Source of the DNA: an uncultured Solirubrobacteraceae bacterium
GTDB lineage: Bacteria; Actinomycetota; Thermoleophilia; Solirubrobacterales; Solirubrobacteraceae
Assembly (NCBI GenBank): GCA_963807275.1
Contig: CAWDZX010000001.1
Location: forward strand, 1,614,724-1,678,723
DNA: 64,000 nt
Direction: 5' to 3'
In this document: one piece after another, positions 47,462-56,627 of the stretch
Layout: every line of letters starts with the position of its first letter
Numbering within the stretch: the first letter of the stretch is position 1
Translations under genes and position numbers: made by a program
Notes under the pieces: model-generated
Told to the model about the DNA's origin: nothing
Databases searched by the model: none
What the model saw: only the letters and a program-made list of their open reading frames with translations

Positions 47462-48205
47462 TCAGGCGACGGCGCTGCGCTCGCGCGCGTGCGCCTGCGC
47501 GGCCGCGACGAGCCCGCCGATCACCGGGCTCGTCTCGTCTGCCTCCGGGTGCCACTGCACGCCGAGCACGAAGCGCCGTCCGGGCAGCTCGACGGCCTCG
47601 ACGAGATCGTCGGCCGTCGCGCGAGCGCTGACGAGCAGCCCGTCGCCGACGCGATCGACGCCTTGGTGGTGATGTGACTTCGTGCCATGGCTGCTCGCGC
47701 CGATCACCCGCATCGCGAGCGTGTCCTCGAGCAACTGGACGTCGTGGTCGGAGCCGTCGAAGGAGCCGATCACCTTGCGGTGCTCCTCCGAGGCGAGGTG
47801 CTCGGGCAGGTGCTGCGTGAGCGTCCCGCCGAGCGCGACGTTGATCAGCTGCATCCCGCGGCAGATGCCGAGCAGCGGTATGTCGCGCTCGATCGCGCCG
47901 CGCGTCAGCGCGACCTCGAAGGCGTCGCGCTCGGGCACGGTCTCCTGCGTCTCGGCGTGCGGCGACTGGCCGTAGAGCGCCGGATCGATGTCCGCGCCGC
48001 CGGCCAGCAGCAGGCCGTCGAGCAGATCGAGCAGCTCGTCCGGCCGCTCGACGACGCGCGGATCGGGCGGCAGCAGCACCGCCATGCCGCCGGCCAGCTG
48101 CACCGCGTCGACGTAGTTGCGCGGCAGCAGCACGGCAGCCTGGTCCCACACGCTCCACTGCGCGCGTTCGAGCGCGGTGCACAGTCCGATCACGGGTCGC
48201 GACAT
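47462..48205 (-). CDS. Gamma-glutamyl-gamma-aminobutyrate hydrolase family (peptidase C26, PuuD-like)
   Basis: LLLAGGADIDP..YG, PLLGICRGMQLINV, SHHHQGV, GVQWHPE; TAAGGT -10 lies 8 nt before the ATG. Confidence 0.92.
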   Translation of the reverse strand: MSRPVIGLCTALERAQWSVWDQAAVLLPRNYVDAVQLAGGMAVLLPPDPRVVERPDELLDLLDGLLLAGGADIDPALYGQSPHAETQETVPERDAFEVALTRGAIERDIPLLGICRGMQLINVALGGTLTQHLPEHLASEEHRKVIGSFDGSDHDVQLLEDTLAMRVIGASSHGTKSHHHQGVDRVGDGLLVSARATADDLVEAVELPGRRFVLGVQWHPEADETSPVIGGLVAAAQAHARERSAVA

Positions 48206-48301
48206 CAGCGCACACCTTAGGATCAGCGGACGCCGGCCGCCGTGCTCGCAGCGGCGCGGCGGCGAAGCGTGCCCAGCACCGCCCAACCGGAGGAGAGAGC
48301 C

Positions 48302-49114
48302 GTGAACGAGCCGACCGCGCAACTGCAGAGCGTCAACGTCTATCGCGAGGGCGGCGCGGCGACCGTCGAGCTGAACCGGCCTCAGGCGCTGAACGCGTGG
48401 AACGCGCAGCTCGGCGCCGACCTGCTCGCGGCCTTGAGCGAGCTCGCACAGGATGAGAGCGTGCGCGCGGTGACGATCACCGGCGCCGGGCGAGCGTTCT
48501 CCTCGGGCGCCGACCTGAAGGACATGAGCGGCGGCGAGCTGACGCCCGACGGGCGCCCGGACGTCTACAAGACGTTGACCGAGCGCTACCACCCGATCAT
48601 GCACGCGATCCGCGAGATGGGAAAGCCCGTGCTCGCGAGCGTCAACGGGCCGGCCGTCGGCATCGGCTGCTCGCTCGCGCTGTGCTGCGACCTGATCGTC
48701 GCCTCCGAGAGCGCCTACTTCCTGCTGGCGTTCGTCAACATCGGCCTCGTGCCCGACGGCGGCTCATCGCTGTTCGTGCCGACGCGCGTCGGGATGGCGC
48801 GCGCGAGCGAGCTGATGATGCTCGGCGAGCGCCTGCCGGCTCCGCAGGCGCTCGACTGGGGCTTGATCAACCGCGTCTTTCCCGACGAGCAGCTCGCGGC
48901 CGAGACCGCCGCGCTCGCCGCGCGCCTGGCCGCCGGGCCGACGAGCTCCTATGCCGGAAGCAAGCGTCAGCTGAACAACTGGCTGTACGAGCGGATGGCC
49001 GAGCAGCTCGAGCTCGAGGCCCAGATCCAGCAGGAGATGGCCGGCAGCGACGACTTCGTCGAGGGCGCCACGGCGTTCATCCAGAAGCGCGCGCCGCGCT
49101 TCCAAGGACGATGA
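48302..49114 (+). CDS. Enoyl-CoA hydratase/isomerase (PaaG-like)
   Basis: LNRPQALNA, AFSSGADL, VNGPAVGIG, IGLVPDGG, ALDWGLINRV. Confidence 0.93.
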   Translation: MNEPTAQLQSVNVYREGGAATVELNRPQALNAWNAQLGADLLAALSELAQDESVRAVTITGAGRAFSSGADLKDMSGGELTPDGRPDVYKTLTERYHPIMHAIREMGKPVLASVNGPAVGIGCSLALCCDLIVASESAYFLLAFVNIGLVPDGGSSLFVPTRVGMARASELMMLGERLPAPQALDWGLINRVFPDEQLAAETAALAARLAAGPTSSYAGSKRQLNNWLYERMAEQLELEAQIQQEMAGSDDFVEGATAFIQKRAPRFQGR

Positions 49115-49211
49115 ACGCCATCCTGCCTCCGGCCATCCGGGCCAGCTTTAAGGCTTGTGCGATACGTCATCAAGCGCATCCCGTCCCGGGCTGAATAGAA
49201 TCTCGCCCGCC

Positions 49212-50051
49212 TTGGGCCATCTTCTCTCAACGACGCTCGCGTTCTTCACCCCGGAGTCAGGCGGCTCCTCGAACGCGAACCAGATCGACAGCCTCTACAA
49301 GATCACGCTCGTCGTAGCGCTGATCGTGTTCGTGGCCGTCGAGGCGGGCCTCGTCTACGCGCTGATCAAGTTCCGCTGGCGCAAGGGCGCCGTCGCGGCG
49401 CAGATCCGCGGCAACACGCGCCTGGAGGTCGGCTGGACGGTCGGCGCCGCCGTGGTGCTGCTCGCGCTCGCGATCCTCACGTTCGCCAAGCTCGGCTCGA
49501 TCCAGGACCCGTCGAACTCCTCGGCCGGCGGCGACAAGCTCGCCAGCAGCGGCGGCCTGCTCTACGCGAGCTCCGAGCGCAAGCTGCCGCCCGACGGCAA
49601 ATCGCTGAACATCCACGTGATCGGCCGCCAATACATCTGGCAGTACGTCTACCCCGGCTCGAGCGAACCGGACGGGCTCGGCGCGCCGTACTCCTACGAG
49701 GAGATGGTCGTGCCGACGAAAACGACCGTCACGCTCGACATCGTCTCGGCCGATGTCGTGCACTCGTGGTGGGTGCCGCAGCTCGGCGGCAAGTTCCAGG
49801 CCGTCCCCGGATACCACAACTACACGTGGTTCAAGATCGAAAAGCCCGGCATCTACAAGGGCCAGTGCGCGATCCTCTGCGGCCGCGGGCACGCGCGGAT
49901 GGTCGCGACCGTCAAGGCCGTCCCGCCGGCGCAGTTCGACGAATGGCTCGCCTACCAGAAGAAGCTGCTCGCGGAAGCCAACGCGAACGCGAAGGTCGCG
50001 CGCGCGAAACTGAATGCCCAGACCGGCGCAGGCCAGGTCGAAAACCCCTAA
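49212..50051 (+). CDS. ctaC: Cytochrome c oxidase subunit II, copy 1; start uncertain (49155 or 49212)
   Basis: Two TMs, GNTRLEVGWT, GRQYIWQY, DVVHSWW, CuA motif CAILCGRGHARM. Confidence 0.92.
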   Translation: MGHLLSTTLAFFTPESGGSSNANQIDSLYKITLVVALIVFVAVEAGLVYALIKFRWRKGAVAAQIRGNTRLEVGWTVGAAVVLLALAILTFAKLGSIQDPSNSSAGGDKLASSGGLLYASSERKLPPDGKSLNIHVIGRQYIWQYVYPGSSEPDGLGAPYSYEEMVVPTKTTVTLDIVSADVVHSWWVPQLGGKFQAVPGYHNYTWFKIEKPGIYKGQCAILCGRGHARMVATVKAVPPAQFDEWLAYQKKLLAEANANAKVARAKLNAQTGAGQVENP

Positions 50052-50076
50052 GGACCAGAGGAATCAAGCGCACGAA

Positions 50077-51777
50077 ATGGCCACCCAAGTCGCCCCAGTC
50101 CCCCAGGTAACCACGCACGGCGTCCAGCGCGAGGCGCGCGGGTGGACGAGCTGGATCACGACGACCGACCACAAGCGGATCGGGATCATGTACATGGTCA
50201 CGACGTTCGTGTTCTTCTGCCTCGGCGGCGTCGAGGCGCTGTTGATGCGCCTGCAGCTCGGCGCACCGAACAACACGCTGATCTCGCCGCAGGTCTACAA
50301 CCAGCTGTTCACGATGCACGGGACGACGATGATCTTCCTGTTCGTCGTGCCGATGATGGCGGGGCTCGCGAACTACTTCGTGCCGTTGATGATCGGCGCC
50401 CGCGACATGGCCTTCCCGCGGCTGAACGCGCTGTCGTTCTGGCTGCTGCTGGCCGGCGGCATCGTCTTCTACGCGTCGGTCTTCTGGAACCCGCCGGAAG
50501 CCGGCTGGACGAGCTACCCGCCGCTGTCGAGCGTCGCCTACACGCCGGCCGGCGGCCAGGACGCCTGGATCTACCTCGTCCACCTGACCGGCATCTCCTC
50601 GATCCTCGGCGCCGTCAACTTCTACGCGACGATCGCGAACATGCGCGCGAAGGGCATGAGCTGGGGCCGCCTGCCGCTGTTCATCTGGGCGATCCTGACG
50701 TACTCGGTGCTGATCATCTTCGCGATGCCCGTGATCGCGGCGGCCGTCACGATGCTGTTGACCGACCGCCACTTCGGCACGCACTTCTTCGACCCGGCCA
50801 ACGGCGGCTCGCCGATCCTTTGGCAGAACCTGTTCTGGTTCTTCGGGCACCCGGAGGTCTACATCATGATCCTGCCCGGCTTCGGGATCGTCTCGGAGAT
50901 CCTGCCCGTGTTCGCGCGAAAGCCGATCTTCGGCTACAAGGCGATCGCCGCGGCGACGGTCGCTATCGCGTTCCTCGGCTTCCTCACGTGGGCGCACCAC
51001 ATGTTCACGGCGCCGATCCCCGAGGCGGTGCTCGTGTTCGTAATGCTCAGCTCGTTCCTGATCGCCGTGCCGACGGGCGTGAAGATCCTCAACTGGATCG
51101 CGACGCTGTGGCGAGGGACGGTCGAATTCAAGACGCCGCTGCTGTTCAGCGCGGGCTTCATCGCGCTGTTCTTGATCGGCGGCATCTCGGGCGTGTTCCT
51201 CGCCGTCTTCCCCGTCGACTGGCAGCTCAACGAAACGTACTTCGTCGTCGCGCACCTGCACTTCGTGCTCGTCGGCGGCTCGGTGATGACGATCTTCGCG
51301 GCGATCTACTACTGGTTCCCGAAGATCACCGGGCGAATGCTCAGCGAGGGCCTCGGCAAGCTGAGCTTCTGGCTGATGTTCCTCGGCATCCTCTGCACGT
51401 TCCTGATCCAGCACGTGATCGGCCTCGACGGGATGCCGCGGCGCGTCTACGAGTACGACAACGTCGGCCACCTGGCGCTGTACAACCAGATCTCGACGGT
51501 CGGCTCGTTCATCCTCGGCCTCGGCGTGCTCGTGACGATCATCAACGTCGCGCGCAGCGTGAAAGTCGGCGTGCTCGCCGGCCCGGACCCGTGGAAGGCG
51601 AACACGCTCGAGTGGTTCACGGCCTCACCGCCGCCGGTCAACAACTTCGACACGGTCCCGACGGTGCGCTCGGTCGAACCGATGAAGGACATCCGCCGCG
51701 AGATCGAGCGGCGCACGGGCGCGGCTCCGGCCTCCGGCGCGATCGTGCCGACCGGCGCGACGCAGGTCGGGGTCTAG
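50077..51777 (+). CDS. ctaD: Cytochrome c oxidase subunit I, type A1
   Basis: DHKRIG, TMHG, DMAFPRLN (D-channel), WFFGHPEVY (A1), HHMF, PTGVK (K-channel), AHLH. Confidence 0.97.
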   Translation: MATQVAPVPQVTTHGVQREARGWTSWITTTDHKRIGIMYMVTTFVFFCLGGVEALLMRLQLGAPNNTLISPQVYNQLFTMHGTTMIFLFVVPMMAGLANYFVPLMIGARDMAFPRLNALSFWLLLAGGIVFYASVFWNPPEAGWTSYPPLSSVAYTPAGGQDAWIYLVHLTGISSILGAVNFYATIANMRAKGMSWGRLPLFIWAILTYSVLIIFAMPVIAAAVTMLLTDRHFGTHFFDPANGGSPILWQNLFWFFGHPEVYIMILPGFGIVSEILPVFARKPIFGYKAIAAATVAIAFLGFLTWAHHMFTAPIPEAVLVFVMLSSFLIAVPTGVKILNWIATLWRGTVEFKTPLLFSAGFIALFLIGGISGVFLAVFPVDWQLNETYFVVAHLHFVLVGGSVMTIFAAIYYWFPKITGRMLSEGLGKLSFWLMFLGILCTFLIQHVIGLDGMPRRVYEYDNVGHLALYNQISTVGSFILGLGVLVTIINVARSVKVGVLAGPDPWKANTLEWFTASPPPVNNFDTVPTVRSVEPMKDIRREIERRTGAAPASGAIVPTGATQVGV

Positions 51778-51778
51778 C

Positions 51779-52687
51779 GTGCCGAGCGCAGCACCGACGC
51801 TCGACGCGGCACGCGTCGGCCTGGCGCCGCGCACGCGCCAGCTGCTGAGCGACTACGCGGAGCTGACGAAGCCGAAGGTCCAGTCGCTGCTCCTGCTGAC
51901 GACGATCGCGACGATGTACGTCGCCGGCGATCCCTCGCCGCTGCTCGTCTTCTACACGTGCCTCGGCGGCTACCTGTCGGCCGGCGGCGCCGGTGCGGTC
52001 AACCACTGGTTCGATCGCGACATCGACGCGCAGATGGGCCGCACCGCGAACCGCCCCGTGCCGTCGGGCCGCGTCGCGCCGCTCGCGGCGCTGGCGTTCG
52101 GCTGTGCGCTTGCGTGCCTGTCGCTGATCGAGCTCTCGATCGCCGTCAACCCGCTCGCGGCGGGGCTGTCGTTCTCGGGCTTCCTCGGCTACGTGTTCGT
52201 CTACACCGTCTGGCTGAAGCGGCGCACGCCGCAGAACATCGTGATCGGCGGCGCCGCGGGAGCCGTGCCGCCGCTCGTCGGCTGGGCGGCCGTTACGGGC
52301 TCCGTCAGCGGCACGGCCGTGATCCTCTTCTTCATCGTCTTCTTCTGGACGCCGCCGCACTTCTGGGCGCTCTCGCTGCTGATGAAGGGCGAGTACGAGA
52401 AGGTCGGCGTGCCGATGCTGCCTGTCGTGCGCGGCGAGGCCGAGACGCGGCGGCAGATCCTGCTCTATTCGGTGCTGCTGTACGCCGTCACGCAGCTGCC
52501 GTTCTGCGCCGGCGGCTTCGGCGCGATCTACCTGGTCGCCTCGCTGACGCTCGGCCTTGGCTTCATCGGCGGCGCCGTGCGCCTCTACCGCCGCGCCGAC
52601 CGCAAGTCGGCGCTGCAGCTCTACCTCTTCTCGCTCGCCTACCTGGCGCTGCTGTTCTGCTCGATGGTCGCCGATGCCCACCTCTAG
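51779..52687 (+). CDS. ctaB: Protoheme IX farnesyltransferase (heme O synthase)
   Basis: LTKPK, DRDIDAQMGRTANRP, WLKRRTPQNIVIGG, WTPPHFWAL, GVPMLP. Confidence 0.96.
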   Translation: MPSAAPTLDAARVGLAPRTRQLLSDYAELTKPKVQSLLLLTTIATMYVAGDPSPLLVFYTCLGGYLSAGGAGAVNHWFDRDIDAQMGRTANRPVPSGRVAPLAALAFGCALACLSLIELSIAVNPLAAGLSFSGFLGYVFVYTVWLKRRTPQNIVIGGAAGAVPPLVGWAAVTGSVSGTAVILFFIVFFWTPPHFWALSLLMKGEYEKVGVPMLPVVRGEAETRRQILLYSVLLYAVTQLPFCAGGFGAIYLVASLTLGLGFIGGAVRLYRRADRKSALQLYLFSLAYLALLFCSMVADAHL

Positions 52688-52715
52688 CGGCTCCGATCGC
52701 TAGGCTTCTGCAGCG

Positions 52716-52826
52716 ATGAACCGCCGCCTCGCACGCAAGAACCTCCGCACGGGCTGGATCGTCTGCGCGATCTGCATGTTCATGTTCGCGATCACGTTCC
52801 TCGTCGCAGCGGTGTACGTCTCTTGA
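52716..52826 (+). CDS. 36-aa single-TM micropeptide MNRRLARKNLRTGWIVCAICMFMFAITFLVAAVYVS (not in ORF track)
   Basis: Basic N-terminus followed by a TM helix; its TGA overlaps the TTG of the next gene (TTGA coupling). Confidence 0.65.
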   Translation: MNRRLARKNLRTGWIVCAICMFMFAITFLVAAVYVS

Positions 52827-53044
52827 GCCCGCTCGACCCCGAGGTCCCGCCGGTCGGCGAGGAGATCCACCTTCCCGGCCCGACGATCCTGCCGGTGCTC
52901 ACGGCGGTCGGCCTGACGCTGCTGCTGATCGGCTTCACGACGTTCATCGAGCTGACTGTCGCCGGCGCCGTGCTGACGATCTGGTGCATCGTGCGCTGGA
53001 TCAAAGACACGCGCCGCGAAACCAACGAGCTCCCGCTCGACTAG
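52823..53044 (+). CDS. Short 2-TM protein resembling cytochrome c oxidase subunit IV
   Basis: EEIHLPGPTILP.L.A.G..L..IG...W..D..RE resembles the actinobacterial CtaF P.SWWP-type segment; lies in the oxidase operon. Confidence 0.55.
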   Translation: MSPLDPEVPPVGEEIHLPGPTILPVLTAVGLTLLLIGFTTFIELTVAGAVLTIWCIVRWIKDTRRETNELPLD

Positions 53045-53170
53045 CGCCAATCGGCGCGTGCGCCCAGGCCGTGCGACTTCTCGCGGCCACGGCTAGCCAT
53101 CCGAGACCTGCGGGCTTCTGAGCCTGAGCGGGTGCCGCGTGCGGTCCCCAAACCGCACGCGGACCCTCAC

Positions 53171-53584
53171 TCACCCCACTGCGGCGCTTGCCGGAACGGG
53201 ACAGATCGCGCCGTCCTCGGTCCAGCAGCGCACGACGTCGCGAACGGAGAGAATGCCCACAGTCTCCCCCCTCTCGACGACGATCAGGTGGCGAAAGCCG
53301 CCGCGCACCATCGCGGCGGCGGCCTCCTCCAAAGACCAATCCGGAGCGGCGAAGACGACATCGCTCGTGAGGTGATCGGCGACGAGCTCGGCGTCCGGGT
53401 CCTCGTCGGCGCCGAGCGAGCTGAGGATGTCGCGCTCGGTGATGATCCCCGGCCCGGCGCCGTCTGGATCCATCACGACGGCGGCGCCGACGGCGCGGCG
53501 CGACATCAGCTGCGCGACCGCGCGCAGGGTGTGATCGGGCCCGACCGCAAGGACGGTAGGACTCATGCCTTCGCTCACCTGCAT
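53171..53584 (-). CDS. CBS-domain protein
   Basis: Two CBS repeats (GIITERDIL; GFRHLIVV...VGILSVRDV); AAGGAG SD before ATG 53584. Confidence 0.9.
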   Translation of the reverse strand: MQVSEGMSPTVLAVGPDHTLRAVAQLMSRRAVGAAVVMDPDGAGPGIITERDILSSLGADEDPDAELVADHLTSDVVFAAPDWSLEEAAAAMVRGGFRHLIVVERGETVGILSVRDVVRCWTEDGAICPVPASAAVG

Positions 53585-53799
53585 GCCCGCTCCTTTCCCG
53601 CTCGACCTCACGGCGAAGCGCCGCTTCAAGCATTTGCAACGATTGGCTCAATCTATTACCCGGATGCTCAAGCGTCAAGCGCCGAGTCGTTCGGGGGGAG
53701 AAGGCATTAGGATCACGCCCGCAATGGAGAGGACCGCGCCAGACACAGCAAGGACGCCCACGGAGCAGCAAGCCGGTACGGCTCGTCGCGGAGCGGCTC

Positions 53800-54576
53800 G
53801 TGTTTAAGCAGCGCCCGATCCTCGTCACGGCAATCGCGGCTGTGCTCGCGATCGCGATCGGCATCGTGCTCAGCTTCGTGATCCACTGGTTCCCGGTGCA
53901 GGCCTCGACGCAGGCGCACAACACCGACCGCCTCTACCACGTGCTCGTGATCGTCTCGATCCCGATCTTCGTGCTCGTCGTCTCGGTGATCCTCTACTGC
54001 TGCTGGCAGTTCCGGATGAAGCCGGGCGAGGAGCTCAAGGACGGGCCGCCGATCCACGGCAACACGCGTCTCGAGGTCGTCTGGACGACGATCCCGGCGA
54101 TCATCCTGCTGGCGCTCGTCTCCTACTCCTTCGTCGTGCTGCACGACAACGAGAAGAAGCCCGCACGCGAGATCCAGGTCGGCGTCACGGGCCAGCAGTT
54201 CGCGTGGACCTTCCAGTACCCGCCGTCGGTGACGGGCGGCAAGGCGGTCGAATCCGACCAGCTCTACCTGCCGAAGGGCGAGTCGGTCCGGTTCGGCCTG
54301 CACTCCAAGGACGTGATCCACGCCTTCTGGATTCCCGCGTTCCGCCTGCAGGAGGACGTCGTTCCGGGGATCACCGTGCACTACCGCGCGACGCCGAGCC
54401 GCCTCGGCACTTACCCGATCGTCTGCAACCTGCTCTGCGGTCTCGGCCACTCGCTGATGCGCGCGCAGGTGCACGTCGTGCCGGAGGCCGAGTTCAAGCA
54501 ATGGCTGAAGAGCCGCGAAGCCCTCTCCGGCTCGAGCGCGAGCTCGAGCTCCAGTGCGGCCGGGAGTGCGGGATAA
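53800..54576 (+). CDS. ctaC: Cytochrome c oxidase subunit II, copy 2
   Basis: HGNTRLEVVWT, GQQFAWTFQY, DVIHAFW, CuA motif CNLLCGLGHSLM. Confidence 0.93.
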   Translation: MFKQRPILVTAIAAVLAIAIGIVLSFVIHWFPVQASTQAHNTDRLYHVLVIVSIPIFVLVVSVILYCCWQFRMKPGEELKDGPPIHGNTRLEVVWTTIPAIILLALVSYSFVVLHDNEKKPAREIQVGVTGQQFAWTFQYPPSVTGGKAVESDQLYLPKGESVRFGLHSKDVIHAFWIPAFRLQEDVVPGITVHYRATPSRLGTYPIVCNLLCGLGHSLMRAQVHVVPEAEFKQWLKSREALSGSSASSSSSAAGSAG

Positions 54577-54631
54577 TGTCGGCGATGAGCGTGCACGGCG
54601 AGCAGAGCGGAACGGCAAGGAGCGCGATCTG

Positions 54632-56611
54632 ATGGCGACGACGACCGCACCCGCCCCTTCTCAGCACGGCTCCGGCTACGGTGGCGCGCAGCTGTCGTTT
54701 GGCGCCAAACTCCGCGCGCCCGGCTTCTATCGCGCGGCCTGGCTGATGGTCCTCGGCGTCGCGTTCGCCTTCGGCCTTACGTGGCTCGTGCGGATGAGCA
54801 CCGGGCACACGACGTTCAAGCACTACATCGACGGCGAAGCGATCCTGACGGTCTCGCTGATCGCCGTGCCGCTGCTGTTCCTCGTCGGGATCGGCGGCTT
54901 CGACTACTGGTTCTACTGGGCCGCCGGGCGCAAGACGCGCCCGGAGGACCACTCCGGCCACGGCGCGTACTCGTGGCGGGACTACTTCCGGATCAACACC
55001 GATCACAAGGTGATCGGGATCCAATACACGGTCAGCTCGTTCTTCTTCCTGCTCGTCGGCGGCCTGATCGCGATGCTGATGCGCGCCGAGCTCGCCGCCC
55101 CGGGAGCGCAGTTCGTCGACGCGAACACGTACAACGGCCTGTTCTCGGTCCACGCTTCGCTGTTGATCTTCCTGTTCGTGATCCCCGTCTTCGCGGGCCT
55201 CGGCAACTTCGTCATCCCGCTGATGATCGGCGCTCCCGACATGGCCTTCCCACGCCTGAACGCGCTGTCGTTCTGGCTCTTGCCGGTCGCCGGCGCGCTG
55301 ATGATCGGCAGCTTCTTCGCCCCCGGCGGCGCGTTCGCCGACGGCTGGACGGCGTATGCGCCGCTGTCGACCGATGCGCCGGTCGGGCAGACGTTCTTCT
55401 CGCTGGCGGTGCAGTTCGCCGGCGCCTCCTCGATCATGACCGCGCTGAACTTCCTCGTGACGATCATCACGATGCGCGCGCCGGGGATGAGCTTCTTCCG
55501 CATGCCGCTGCTCGTCTGGGCGAACTTCGCTACGTCCCTGCTCGTCGTCATCGCGACGCCGTTCATCGCCGCGTCGCAGTTCTTCGTGCTGCTGGACCGC
55601 GCGCTCGGCTTCAACTTCTTCAACGCGGCGAAGGGCGGCGACGTGCTGATGTACCAGCACGTCTTCTGGTTCTACTCGCACCCAGCCGTCTACATCATGA
55701 TGTTGCCCGGCTTCGGGATCGTCTCGGAAGTGATCGCCGTGAAGGCGCGCAAGCCGATCTTCGGCTACCGGATGATGGCCTTCTCGCTGCTGGCGATCGT
55801 CGGTCTCGGCTTCACCGTCTGGGCGCACCACATGTTCACCTCCGGGATGGCCTCGTGGATCCGCATCCCGATGGCGATCACGACGGCGATCATCGCCGTG
55901 CCGACCGGCATCAAGATCTTCTCGTGGCTGGCGACGCTGTGGCGAGGCGTGCTGCACCTCGATACGCCGATGCTGTTCGCGCTCGGCTTCCTGACGACGT
56001 TCACGCTCGGCGGGATCAGCGGCGTGATGCTCGCGATGATCCCGTTCGACATCCACGTCTCGGCGACGTACTTCATCGTCGCGCACATCCACTACGTGCT
56101 GTTCGGCGGCTCGCTGATGACGATCTTCGCCGGCGTCTACTACTGGTTCCCGAAGATGACCGGGCGAATGTACGACGAGCGACTGGGCAAGTGGCACTTC
56201 TGGACGACGTTCGTGTTCTTCAACGCCACGTTCGGTCCGATGCACATCCTCGGCCTGCAGGGCATGCCGCGGCGCGTCGAGGACTACGCCTCGAAGTTCG
56301 GCGCGCTCAACCTGGCGATCTCGATCATGAGCTTCGCGCTCGGCCTGAGCACGCTGATCTTCGTCTACAACATGGTCACGAGCTGGCGCGGCGGCCCGAA
56401 AGCGGTCAAAAACCCGTGGCGCGGGATGACTCTCGAGTGGCAGGTCTCCTCGCCGCCGCCGGTGTTCAACTTCGACAAGGTGCCGACGGTCGTCGGCGGT
56501 CCTTACGAGTACGGCGTCCCTGGCGCGGTACACGGCACGTTCGCCCCGGGCCCGACGCCGGCCACGGTCGGCGCGGCGGGACCGAGACAGGTCGCAGGAC
56601 CCAGCGAGTGA
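54632..56611 (+). CDS. ctaD: Cytochrome c oxidase subunit I, type A2, with extra N-terminal TMs
   Basis: TDHKVIG, SVHA, DMAFPRLN, WFYSHPAVY (A2 YS motif), HHMF, PTGIK, AHIH. Confidence 0.96.
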   Translation: MATTTAPAPSQHGSGYGGAQLSFGAKLRAPGFYRAAWLMVLGVAFAFGLTWLVRMSTGHTTFKHYIDGEAILTVSLIAVPLLFLVGIGGFDYWFYWAAGRKTRPEDHSGHGAYSWRDYFRINTDHKVIGIQYTVSSFFFLLVGGLIAMLMRAELAAPGAQFVDANTYNGLFSVHASLLIFLFVIPVFAGLGNFVIPLMIGAPDMAFPRLNALSFWLLPVAGALMIGSFFAPGGAFADGWTAYAPLSTDAPVGQTFFSLAVQFAGASSIMTALNFLVTIITMRAPGMSFFRMPLLVWANFATSLLVVIATPFIAASQFFVLLDRALGFNFFNAAKGGDVLMYQHVFWFYSHPAVYIMMLPGFGIVSEVIAVKARKPIFGYRMMAFSLLAIVGLGFTVWAHHMFTSGMASWIRIPMAITTAIIAVPTGIKIFSWLATLWRGVLHLDTPMLFALGFLTTFTLGGISGVMLAMIPFDIHVSATYFIVAHIHYVLFGGSLMTIFAGVYYWFPKMTGRMYDERLGKWHFWTTFVFFNATFGPMHILGLQGMPRRVEDYASKFGALNLAISIMSFALGLSTLIFVYNMVTSWRGGPKAVKNPWRGMTLEWQVSSPPPVFNFDKVPTVVGGPYEYGVPGAVHGTFAPGPTPATVGAAGPRQVAGPSE

Positions 56612-56627
56612 GCGCGGAGATGCAGCG

